NCBI GenBank assembly: GCA_965223425.1 | Contig: OZ245003.1 | Location: 1,408,001 to 1,472,000, forward strand | Reading direction: 5' to 3' | Length of the DNA stretch: 64,000 nt | Source: Nitrosopumilus sp. | Lineage (GTDB): Archaea; Thermoproteota; Nitrososphaeria; Nitrososphaerales; Nitrosopumilaceae | Part shown: piece after piece, positions 19,501 to 29,336 of the stretch | Numbering within the stretch: the first letter of the stretch is position 1 | Layout of the letters: every line of letters begins with the position of its first letter | Translations under genes and position numbers: made by a program | Notes under the pieces: generated by a model | The model's input: only the letters and a program-made list of their open reading frames with translations | Databases searched by the model: none | Told to the model about the DNA's origin: nothing

Positions 19501-19764
19501 TCAGTCCTTGCCGTAGACTGACTTGTGGTCGCATACACGATGTAAGATGATTTTGCTGCTGGAATAATCTACAACATAAATTATTCTGTACTTTCCTACA
19601 TTGTATGCAAAAACTTTCATATCTGCTTTGTATACTCCAAGTTCTGCAGGGTTATCAGATATAGAAAGTTCTGATACTGATTGAATAATTCTTTGTTTTA
19701 TCTCCGAATCAAGATTCTTGAATTGTTTGTTGAATCTTGGTCTGCGTGAGACATGCCAAGTCAT
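19501..19764 (-). CDS. RelE/ParE-family toxin
   Basis: PRFNKQFKNL..VGKYRIIY..RVCDHKSVY; overlaps the upstream acidic gene (ATGA). Confidence 0.85.
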   Translation of the reverse strand: MTWHVSRRPRFNKQFKNLDSEIKQRIIQSVSELSISDNPAELGVYKADMKVFAYNVGKYRIIYVVDYSSSKIILHRVCDHKSVYGKD

Positions 19765-20003
19765 TGCTTACGTAATTCTTTTAGGAATTCATCAAGTGTC
19801 AGAGTCTCCCAATCATTACTATTTCTCGATTCTATGATATCCAATACCTCTTCAGGTATTAGTTCATCTGTGTGTAGTGATTTTAGATGTTCTTCAAAAC
19901 TGTTGGATCTGTAGTTTCCTTTCTCAAAATCTTTTCTGATTATCTCCAGCTTGTCTTCTGGCAGATAGTCAAAAGGATTCTTCACAGTTTTTGTCTCAGA
20001 CAT
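19761..20003 (-). CDS. Putative antitoxin (acidic)
   Basis: Acidic 80 aa, TLDEFLKEL tail, coupled to the toxin; paralog at 24878. Confidence 0.75.
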   Translation of the reverse strand: MSETKTVKNPFDYLPEDKLEIIRKDFEKGNYRSNSFEEHLKSLHTDELIPEEVLDIIESRNSNDWETLTLDEFLKELRKQ

Positions 20004-20034
20004 GTCTTTTCCATTCTTTACATCCTAAAAAAGA

Positions 20035-20359
20035 TTAGGAGTCAAGAATTCCTGCTAGTTCCCGCCTTATCTTCTTGAGTGCCTTTTTGTGCCTTCTTAG
20101 GCGAATAGAGTCCTGCGCGACCCCCAGGATCCTCCACGCGTCATGTATTATCTTGGCGGGATGTTTTGTCATGGCATCTGTAATTATCGAGCGCGCCATA
20201 CTGTAACATCGTTGCCTGCAGTGATTTGCATCATTGTTTCTATTCTGCAACATCTGCAAACGTACATGTCCTTCCAATCCCAGACTTGATGCCGTCTTTG
20301 GAATATTTCTCGTATACCCCCCTTAGCATCTCGATGAGTTCTGGTATCTGCTCAAGCTG
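20035..20359 (-). pseudogene. 3' part of a gene interrupted by IS630 (5' part probably 21500-21671)
   Basis: Open frame runs from the IS boundary to 20035; its 3' end is duplicated at about 24745-24845. Confidence 0.45.
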
Positions 20360-21499
20360 TAGTTAGCACATTAAATAATTGAATATTTTCACAGGCAGGA
20401 TCTCCTTTCTGGCAAACAGCTTGCGTACTGACTGCTCCATCTCATCTAGCGTGCCAAACACCTTTGCAGACAGTACCCGCTTTATCACCCTCCACTGCAT
20501 CTCAATGGGATTAAGCTCCGGCGTGTACGGCAGCAGGTACTCCAGAACTATCTTGCCGTTGTATCTTTCCAGAAACTCCCTTACCTTTTTGGATTTGTGA
20601 TATGACGCATTGTCTACAAACAGCAGCACCCTGCCGAATCTTTTGTGAACCCGTTCCAAAAAGCTGCAAAAGCTGTCGCTGTCTGGCTTTTCATAAAACA
20701 TAAAGTAAAATGCGCTTGCTGACAGGACTCCAAATGTATCTTCTCTTGCGTGACAAAACAGAGGGGGATGTGGCGCGCTTGCCGCGCCTTCTCCACCCGT
20801 AGCCGGGCCTGTTTGATGCCTTTTGAATCGAGGATGCATCGCCGGCCAGTACGGTGTATCCCTGCGCCGACTTTTCTGCAACGAGTTTTTTTGCCCGCTC
20901 CTGAAACTCTTTTTGCTTTCTTTTTGAGGCTGATCTTGGGTTTTTTGGACACGCCCTGCTCCACGAAAAGCCCATCTCCCTGACCAGCTGCAGCACGCCT
21001 GCCTTGCTGTACTGCACGCCGAACTTTCGCTTGATGTGCAGCCTTGCGAGGTTGGAATCCCACAGGCTGCTCTCAAAGCCGCATGACTCCGGCCCCGCAT
21101 CCAGGTCTGCTGCAAGCTGTCTTGTCTGCAGTCCGTCTAGCAGGTGCTTTCGTCCCCTGCCGCTGCGCTCGAACCTTGCGCGTATTCCCTCGTCCTGTGC
21201 GCGGTTGAGCCATGCAGATATGGTGGACTTGGGCCTTCCCAGCATCCTTCCAATCCTGTCTAGCGGCACGCCGTCCTTGCGCTGCATGTACGCAAGCAGC
21301 CTGTCGCGCCTTCTGGGATCGGTCTCTTTTTTGTATGCCCTTTTGAGGTCTGCAACGCCGGTGTTTGGCAGAAATTTTGCCCCCCTTGCAACCTGTCTCT
21401 TTTTTTGTTTGTACATGCAGTGTGTGCGGTATGGCCTGTCTTGGATCTTTTGGCCAAAAATAATTGTCAAAATGATTCAGTTTTTTTATGTGCATACTA
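20360..21499 (-). mobile_element. IS630-family element (type 2), frameshifted transposase
   Basis: Imperfect TIRs TAGTTAGCACATTAAA / TAGTATGCACATAAAA; GDAS, VDNASYH, PELNPIE in two frames. Confidence 0.88.
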
Positions 21500-22175
21500 C
21501 GGTACGTCCGTCCCTGTACGTTTTGTACGTGATGTATCCGTTTGCAAGATCACTCAGATTTCTGCTGATGCTTATGAGATCCCTGTTTGAGATCCTGCCT
21601 TTCTTGCCTACTGACTGATTTTGTACATTTTTAATACTTGTACTTGTATTGATTGTATTTTTTAAAACCATTTGGTTTCACTCCTTTTTTTCACAAAACA
21701 CATGCACGATGTCTGAAGCGCCTGGCATCATATCCCCAGCAGATGTCGTCATCCGCCCATAGCCTCGGCTATGCTAAAAAATATCTGGATGGTGGATTAT
21801 CATCAAGCGCAATAATCCATAGTCTGCCTGTTATTTGACATACCGTGTCGTACTGGGAAAGGATGCCATGTGCTGTCGGCATTGCATGCTTTTGTCGTTT
21901 GGTCGCATTTCTGTGAATGTTGCTATCGTTTTTATAGCAACTAGGATCACTCCCAAACCTTTGTCGTTTGGTCGTATTTCTGGCAGATGTTACGTGCCAG
22001 CACAGACGTTATATTGCTATGAAAGTATCGTCTTTCATCTGGACGTTTATTCTCATATGAGAATTCATTATATCCCACACCCGTCCGCTGGGTCGGCCTG
22101 CGGCTTGCGCCAAAGGTAAAACGGGTTTGGACTGTATGACCCAGTCACGAAAAAATGTTTGGATGTTTGAAGAAC

Positions 22176-22649
22176 CTAGTCTTTGTTTTTTATCGTGTCT
22201 TTGATGTCGTCTTGGGATTTGTGCATGCGTTCCTGAGATTTTGTGACATTGTCTAACACCTTGGCAATATCTTTTTGGGATTCGGCAATATCTTTTTGGG
22301 ATTCGGCAATGCGGTTTAGAGTCTTGTCAAATCTTTGATTGCTTTCGGCAATGCGGTTTAGAGTCTTGTCAAATCTTTGATTGCTTTCGGCAATTGCCCT
22401 TTGATTTTGCTGGCCGACCTCATGTATTGCCTCCTTGATGCCAGCTCCGATATCCATTGTAGTCCAGGACATTAGTATTCCTACGAATCCAATGGTAAAA
22501 AAGGCTATGCCCTCGCTTAGGAGTCTTTGGTCCACTAGCTGGCTCATGGTAATCAGGAATGCCCCGACTGCCATCATTGCAACAAAGATGACTTGCTGTC
22601 GTCGAATCAGACCGGTTCTTATTTTGATTGTTGTGTCTTTTTCTTGCAT
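22176..22649 (-). CDS. Two-TM protein with tandem-repeat coiled-coil tail
   Basis: Two TM segments; IAESNQRFDKTLNR x2 and IAESQKD x2. Confidence 0.75.
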   Translation of the reverse strand: MQEKDTTIKIRTGLIRRQQVIFVAMMAVGAFLITMSQLVDQRLLSEGIAFFTIGFVGILMSWTTMDIGAGIKEAIHEVGQQNQRAIAESNQRFDKTLNRIAESNQRFDKTLNRIAESQKDIAESQKDIAKVLDNVTKSQERMHKSQDDIKDTIKNKD

Positions 22650-22968
22650 ATTTTTTCATAAATGCCGCAAGCATTTTTGCCTTTCCCACACCCGTCTGCC
22701 TGTCAGGATGATTGCTCATCAGATACGGGTTTGGAAGGATTGCCAGGTCACAAAAAATATGGTTTTGGAACCTTTCAACAAGGCATTGCAGAAAAATCAG
22801 AGACCTATCTGACAGCAATCACATTCGTTGAGTTCGGGGTGCCCTTCCCATCGTTCCCTTTTGCAGTTTCTACAAATTGTCTTTTTGTAGACGCTTCTTT
22901 TGAGTTTGTACTTTGCCTCTTCGAACATTTTGTATCACTTTTTTTGAATTTTTCTCCTGAATGTTTTA

Positions 22969-24270
22969 CAGTAGTTGGGATTGTACCGTTCCAAAACAGC
23001 CCACAAATCACCCGATAGGCGGTGGTGGCCACCTGGCATACACACATGCTGCAAACACGCAGATTATCCTGTTTAAAACACCGGCAAGTGGCACATGGTA
23101 CCTTTGTCTGCCCACCGTGCGACGCAGGCCTATCCAGATATTGTTTAGCACCAGTGACAAGACAAACAAAAGCATCCGTACGGAGGGGTTCCTGCTGGCA
23201 GTGCGCGGGCGTATGCTCTTTGCAGACCTGTACCCCGTTTCAATTCCCCACCGCTTTTTGTACTGCTCTGGGATGTACTTGACAACGTCCCTTTCGCTCT
23301 CGTATGGCAGCGACGTTGCAAATGCGCGATACCTGTCAAACATGGTGCCGTCTTTTTTCCTGGCGTCATCCCTGATCAGAACCAGGTTGAACGTGAACTT
23401 CTCGGAGCCTGATTTTATGGTGTACCGGGAGACATTGCCGCGCTTTCCTTGGGCGTGCTGTACAATGGCACGCTTGATGCCGGCATCCTTTTTTGCCGGC
23501 ATGATAAAATGCCTGTGAAATGATCTGACAGTCTGCATCACGTCTGTTGCGTAAAACTCCCTGTCAAAAGGTAGAGGCCGATTCCAGTGCAGCTTGGAGC
23601 ATTTTTCGATGATTTTACGCACGAATTCACCGTTGAAGATCCCTCGGGTGACCGGACTGAAGCACAGGTTGGCCTCCTTGCCGCCCTGCATATCTTGGAT
23701 GTCATGTATGACTCACCTGTACGTTCCTGACTCGTATTTTGACTGTATGAGGTACCTGAGGTCGGGATTCCTGTCATGGTGCGGAATCTTGTGCTTGTCT
23801 ATTGCAGCTACTGTCGTTTCATTGCTGATGCGTCGCCTCATGCTGCGGCATGCCGCATTGACAGTATCATGCATCATCTGGTCGCAGAAACAGCTCATCT
23901 TGTCCTGCTTTATGATGCGCAGCTTTTTGAGCAGCCAGCTGCCAGACTGCATGCAGATGCCGGGAGAGCCGAGATCGCGTGCGCTGTTGGCGTATCCGTT
24001 GGAGCTGGCCATGACCAGAAGAAGCATGTGCGCTGCATCCTTGAGACAGTACAGCGTGTTGTGTCTTGTGCCAAAGGCAAGGCTCAGGCGCTGCAACGCA
24101 GACTGGAAGATTTTAAATTCCCTGATGTCTTGGTTCGGTTGGTGTGTTTGCCCATCTTTTCTGTGCAAGTCAAGGTGGGTGAGCATGCCTTGTATTTGGA
24201 TCTGGTTGATCGTGTTTTGTTCTTAAAATGATCAGTTTGGGCTATCCAAAATGTACAATCCCAACTACTG
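22969..24270 (-). mobile_element. ISH3-family element, frameshifted transposase
   Basis: Perfect 18-bp TIR CAGTAGTTGGGATTGTAC; AIDKH, DREFY, YKKRWGIETGYR. Confidence 0.9.
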
Positions 24271-24350
24271 GATAAATAAACATACCTAAAACCCCTTAGT
24301 AAATTCTGATTCAGCAAGATTCACTTAAGGCATGACTGACTAGTGGCTTT

Positions 24351-24692
24351 ATGGTAAAACCTGCCATAGAGTTGCCCGTTTCTAAAAAACCCACAGATGC
24401 CGAACTGAGAAAGCTGAAAGAATATTTCAGAGAGATGCCTGTGGATGAAATTCTCACGGGGCTGAAATTTGCAAGAAACAGATGGTCTGCCAAAGACGCT
24501 GGGACCTTGAAGGTTGGAAGAAAGAGCATCATCCAAAAAGAGGTTCATTCTGTCACTGCCGAACAAGCTCAATGGAGGTTAAAAAACTGGAAGATGATGA
24601 TTGCAAATTATCGCCGTCGGGGTTACAGCTATCCTACAATCTCAAGAATTAAAAAAATTCTGGTTCAAAAAAGCAAAAAAAAGTCTAAATGA
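24351..24692 (+). CDS. Conserved thaumarchaeal basic hypothetical protein
   Basis: Clean 113-aa ORF, host-like composition. Confidence 0.75.
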   Translation: MVKPAIELPVSKKPTDAELRKLKEYFREMPVDEILTGLKFARNRWSAKDAGTLKVGRKSIIQKEVHSVTAEQAQWRLKNWKMMIANYRRRGYSYPTISRIKKILVQKSKKKSK

Positions 24693-24877
24693 ATTGTTTG
24701 CTTCTTGGTGAGACTGTCTGCAAACAAGGAATACGATACGTGACGGTGGAGGATCCTGGAAGTTGCACAGGACTTTATGCGCCGAAGAAGCACAAAAAGG
24801 CACTCAAAAAGAAAAGTGGAAACCCATAGGAATTCTTGATTCCTAATATTTTTTAGGATACAGAAAACAGAAAAGAT

Positions 24878-25126
24878 ATGCCTGAAACCAAGGCCGTAAA
24901 CCCCTTTGACTATCTTCCAGAAGACAAGCTGAGGATAATCAGGGAAGATTTTGAGAAAAATGAAATCTCAAAATCTACAAGATTCGAGCAATACCTAAAA
25001 GACTTGCATGAAGATGATTTGATTCCTGAAGAAGTACTTGACATCGTCGATGCGCAAAACGAGCCGGAAGGAGAGGTGTTCTCCAACGTTGAGGATCTAT
25101 TAGAAGATCTGAAGAAAGATGACTAG
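24878..25126 (+). CDS. Orphan antitoxin paralog of 19761-20003
   Basis: Shares NPFDYLPEDKL.IIR.DFEK and LH.D.LIPEEVLDI. Confidence 0.75.
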   Translation: MPETKAVNPFDYLPEDKLRIIREDFEKNEISKSTRFEQYLKDLHEDDLIPEEVLDIVDAQNEPEGEVFSNVEDLLEDLKKDD

Positions 25127-25205
25127 CTGAAAGGCTCTGGCAAATCTAGGTGGCCTACGATGTTTGCCGTTCAAAAGCGATGCTTTTTTAATTATTTTAT
25201 AATTT

Positions 25206-26292
25206 CAGTAGTTGGGATTGTACATTTTGGATAGCCCAAACTGATCATTTTGAGAACAAAACACGATCAACCAGATCCAAATACAAGGCATGCTCACCCA
25301 CCTTAACATGTACGAAAAAGATGGGCAAACACACCAACAGAACCAAGACATCAGGGGATTTAAAATCTTCCAGTCCGCACTGCAACACCTGAACCTTGCC
25401 TTTGGCACAAGACACAACACGCTGTACTGCCTCAGGGATGCAGCGCACATGCTACTGGTCATGGCCAGCTCCAACGGATACGCCAACGGCGCGCGAGATC
25501 TCGGCTCTCCCGGCATCCGCATGCCGTCGGGCAGCTGGCTGCTCAAAAAGCTGCGCATCATAAAGCAGGACAAGATGAACCGCTTCTGCGACCAGATGAT
25601 GCATGATACGGTCAACACGGCATGCCGCAGCATGAGGCGACGCATCAGCAACGAAACGGCAGTGGCTGCAATAGACAAGCACAAGATTCCGCACCATGAC
25701 AAAAACCCCGACCTCAAACACCTCATACAGTCAAAATACGAGTCAGGAACGTACAGGTTTGAGTCATACATGACATCCAAGATAGTGCAGGGCGGCAAAG
25801 AGGCCAACCTGTGCTTCAGTCCGGTCACCCGGGGTACATCCAACGGCGAGTTCGTGCGTAAAACCATCAAAAAGTGCTCCAAGCTGCACCTTGGAATCAA
25901 TCTTTACCTTCTTGACAGGGAGTTTTACGCAACAGACGTGATGCGGACTGTCAGATCGCTTCACAGGCATTTTATCATGCCGGCAAAAAAGAATGCCGGC
26001 ATCAAGCGCGCCATTGTACAGCACGCCCAAGGAAAGCGCGGTGATGTCTCTAGGTACACCATAAAATCAGGCTCCGAAAAGTTCACGTTCAACCTGGTTC
26101 TGATCAGGGATGACGCCAGGAAAAAAGACGGCACCATGTTTGACAGGTATCGCGCATTTGCAACGTCGCTGCCATGCGAGAATGAAAGGGACGTTGTCAA
26201 GTACATCCCAGAGCAGTACAAAAAACGTTGGGGAATTGAAACGGGGTACAGGTCTGCAAAGAGCATACGCCCGCGCACTGCCAGCAGGAACC
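25206..26292 (+). mobile_element. ISH3-family element, 3'-truncated (transposase ORF 25290-26333)
   Basis: Left TIR CAGTAGTTGGGATTGTAC; near-identical inverted copy of 22969-24270; similarity stops after RTASRN. Confidence 0.88.
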
Positions 26293-26541
26293 GGGGTTGT
26301 CGCCAAATTCGACCAAATGATCTAACTTTGTAATTTTTCACACATGTTGATCAGGGAGGTGACATAGAGAATCTTGCAGCTCTGCTGAGGATGCCATGGA
26401 ACGAACCCCCGCCGGGTCACAGCACGAATGAAACAGAAAATTGTTTGCCGTGTCAATCTTACATAACCGCTAACTGCCATGAGTCCTTGAAATTATGATT
26501 CTTATGTAGTATTACCGGGGATTTCCTTGTAAATGAGACGA

Positions 26542-27192
26542 TTACAGTAGGATGTCTGATTTTTTCTCAGCTATCCGGTGTTTGAGTTCGTCTGGAATCT
26601 CTGGAATTGAGGATTTTGCTTGGCCTGCAATTACGTTGTGTGCTTCTTCTAAAATTGCAAGCGTGTCTGCGTTTGCCTCGGCTCCAACACTTATGTTGCT
26701 ACCAACCTCCACTGATGAGCCGGACATTACGTCTCCGAGTATTTGCGACAAGTCTTGCATTGATGCGTTTGCATCTGGCATAATTCCATTAAGGGATGGT
26801 GCCAATCCCTTTATGATTGACATGCACGGACTAAGCGTTACCACGACATCTCCCAATTCTGATACAGTGTCTAGCCTAAGTTTAATTTGTTCCATGGACA
26901 GCTTTGCCCCTCCTATCATATTTTTCATTTTTCTAACCTGCGCCAACTCCCCTGCATACGCATGTGCATAGCCGTTTTTGTTATTCTTTTGGGCATTTAC
27001 AATCTTTTCAAATATTACGTCATGTTTTTTCTGCAGCTTCTCGTTGATCCCCTCTAATTTTGAAATTTGAAACCCTAGTTTCTTTTGCGCAAAGTCAATT
27101 CTATTTTTTAATGGCCCGTCAGGCTTTACTTTGCCTATGATTCTTTGGGATATGCTCTCCCCTTCTGCCTTGCTCCAAGAGTTGTTTAACAT
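26542..27192 (-). CDS. cdvB: ESCRT-III/Snf7 cell-division protein, CdvB paralog
   Basis: YAGELAQVRKM..LSMEQIKLRLDTVSELGDVVVTLSP..ILEEA. Confidence 0.88.
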   Translation of the reverse strand: MLNNSWSKAEGESISQRIIGKVKPDGPLKNRIDFAQKKLGFQISKLEGINEKLQKKHDVIFEKIVNAQKNNKNGYAHAYAGELAQVRKMKNMIGGAKLSMEQIKLRLDTVSELGDVVVTLSPCMSIIKGLAPSLNGIMPDANASMQDLSQILGDVMSGSSVEVGSNISVGAEANADTLAILEEAHNVIAGQAKSSIPEIPDELKHRIAEKKSDILL

Positions 27193-27285
27193 GCGCTATT
27201 TCCCCAATATGAGTCAAAATTTTGGTTTTAAACGGATTTGTCACCCTGCCTACTGTCACCAGGGTTACAGCAGAGGGGGGTTACA

Positions 27286-28392
27286 CTATCCAAAGGTAAA
27301 CGTGAATATCTGGAAGCCTTTTCCTGATACCTGTATCTCCATTGTGTGAGTTCCGCTTGCCTCACTGTTGATGATGTTATACAGGTCAGGCTCTGATACT
27401 GTTAGCGTGTTTGCCAAAGTGATGTCACTGCCAGAATATTTGGAATCAAGTGGCTGCCCGTCAAGAAGTATCTCCAGTTCGGCACTGTTCTCAGTTACAA
27501 TGTTTACCTCTTTTGCATTGTACAGAAGTTTGATGCTCCCTACATCTGATACCAGCTCCATGCTGTCCTCATGGTTTAACCACTCCCCGGTAAGATAGAA
27601 CTTGTGCAGATCAATGTTGCCTGGTTCTGAATACTTTACTACCTTGTTTGGCTGAAATCCCTCATCATTCCCCAACTGGTTCCTATTCTGCGCAAAATAA
27701 TATCCAAAGTACAGCTCCGGCGTCCTAAACATGGTGTGCTCAAACTCCTCAATATCCACAAGTGGTGCAGCTGATGCCATTTGAATTCCCAGCGCCTTGG
27801 ATCTCTCATCTAAAAGCTGCTGGATGATCTTTTCAGTCTCTTGATATGCGCCCTCTCCAATATGATCATAACGGATGTACCCTTCGTGGTCTGCAATGTA
27901 TTTTCTTGGCCAGTATCTGTTTTCAAAGGCCTTCCATGTCTCCATGTCATTGTCTAAAACAACCGGATAGTTTATTCCGTGCTTCTCAATTGCCATCTTT
28001 ACATTTTCAGGATCCTTTTCAAACTCAAATTCAGGGGAGTGAATGCCGAGAATTAGCAATCCCTGATCAGCATACTTGTCATCCCAGGCAGTAATGTATG
28101 GGAGTGTCCTGATACAGTTTATGCAGCTATACGTCCAAATATCATAAAGTACAACTTTGCCTTCAATCTCTCTTTCCAACTCTTCTGGCGTGGTGTTCAG
28201 GTAATGCGCGATTCCAATTATGTCCGGTGCCGTCTTGAATCCTGATTTGTCAACCTTTAGCATGTTTTCATTGCTAGCCACATTTGTAGTTGGAACCTGA
28301 TCATCCAGTGACGAAAACACTATGCTCATCACTCCGACTCCTGTGAGAATTGCAACCCCCAAGATTAGCGCGGTTCTTGTATCTGACTTCAT
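27286..28392 (-). CDS. Membrane-anchored redoxin with DipZ-like C-terminal domain
   Basis: WTYSCINC, HSPEF, NRYWP, GEGAY, TPELY, FTFG. Confidence 0.9.
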   Translation of the reverse strand: MKSDTRTALILGVAILTGVGVMSIVFSSLDDQVPTTNVASNENMLKVDKSGFKTAPDIIGIAHYLNTTPEELEREIEGKVVLYDIWTYSCINCIRTLPYITAWDDKYADQGLLILGIHSPEFEFEKDPENVKMAIEKHGINYPVVLDNDMETWKAFENRYWPRKYIADHEGYIRYDHIGEGAYQETEKIIQQLLDERSKALGIQMASAAPLVDIEEFEHTMFRTPELYFGYYFAQNRNQLGNDEGFQPNKVVKYSEPGNIDLHKFYLTGEWLNHEDSMELVSDVGSIKLLYNAKEVNIVTENSAELEILLDGQPLDSKYSGSDITLANTLTVSEPDLYNIINSEASGTHTMEIQVSGKGFQIFTFTFG

Positions 28393-28396
28393 TTAA

Positions 28397-29131
28397 TCAC
28401 CCTAAGAACAGCAACTCGTTGAGAAGTGGAAAGTTTGCAATGTATGCAAGTTGATTTGTAAATACCAGAATCCCCAAAATTACGATAAATGCCCCCAAAA
28501 TTACGTTGTAATATTTGAGATGCCTGCTCATTGAGCGGATGATCTTGTTTGCTCTAGAATAAAACACCCCAATCAAAATGAATGGAATTCCCAATCCTAA
28601 CGAATATGCAAGAAGTAAATTAAACGCAACTGACGGTGTCGTGGCTGCCAACGTAAGTATTGTTCCAAGTATTGGTCCCACACATGGCGTCCACCCAGCT
28701 GCAAATGCCAAGCCAAACACAAACGACATTGGATAGCTGGCCTTTGATCTCTTTGGAAAGAATTTTTTCTCCACGTTTAGCTTGTTAATTTTTGTTGAAA
28801 GAAGCAAAAACACTCCAAACCCCACAATGATTATGCCGCCAACTTGGTTGAGCCCCTCAACTAGCTCTCCAGTTGATGTTGCAAGAACGCTGTTGATGAT
28901 CACCCCCAATGTTGAAAATACTATTGAAAATCCCAGAACAAAAAATACCGAATTTAAGACAATGTTTGTTCTGTTGATTGTAACTGTCTTTGATCCCTGT
29001 TTCTGGTTTAGTTCAGAAAGTGTCGTACCAGAAATGTATGCAAGAAATGCGGGGATCATGGGCAGGATGCACGGCGCTACAAATGATCCCAGTCCGGCCA
29101 GTACTGCTACGGCTAGTGTTATTTCTGCCAC
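28397..29131 (-). CDS. ccdA: CcdA/DsbD-type thiol-disulfide transporter
   Basis: APCILP and GWTPCVGPILG. Confidence 0.92.
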   Translation of the reverse strand: MAEITLAVAVLAGLGSFVAPCILPMIPAFLAYISGTTLSELNQKQGSKTVTINRTNIVLNSVFFVLGFSIVFSTLGVIINSVLATSTGELVEGLNQVGGIIIVGFGVFLLLSTKINKLNVEKKFFPKRSKASYPMSFVFGLAFAAGWTPCVGPILGTILTLAATTPSVAFNLLLAYSLGLGIPFILIGVFYSRANKIIRSMSRHLKYYNVILGAFIVILGILVFTNQLAYIANFPLLNELLFLG

Positions 29132-29231
29132 GCATTGGGTTTACAATTTTTCCTTTAAAACGTTCTTCCATATCTCTACCCAATGCATGTGGGTGCAATC
29201 CGTTTTTAACTGGGATGTATCCATTTTCAGC

Positions 29232-29336
29232 ATGAACAAGCGCTTCATTATCGTCGGAATTCTCTTGGGAATAGTAGTCACGCTTGCAGTAGTCATTGGC
29301 TCACCTGCTCTTGGCGGCTTTGATGCAATGCGGTAG
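29232..29336 (+). CDS. Small single-TM protein (34 aa)
   Basis: MNKRFIIVGILLGIVVTLAVVIGSPALGGFDAMR fills the ccdA-bioF gap. Confidence 0.5.
   Translation: MNKRFIIVGILLGIVVTLAVVIGSPALGGFDAMR

Noticed and set aside
26290-26520. GGGGTTGTCGCCAAA IS-like end and ACCGGGG direct repeat
   Set aside because: No partner inverted repeat or recognisable ORF; cannot be assigned.
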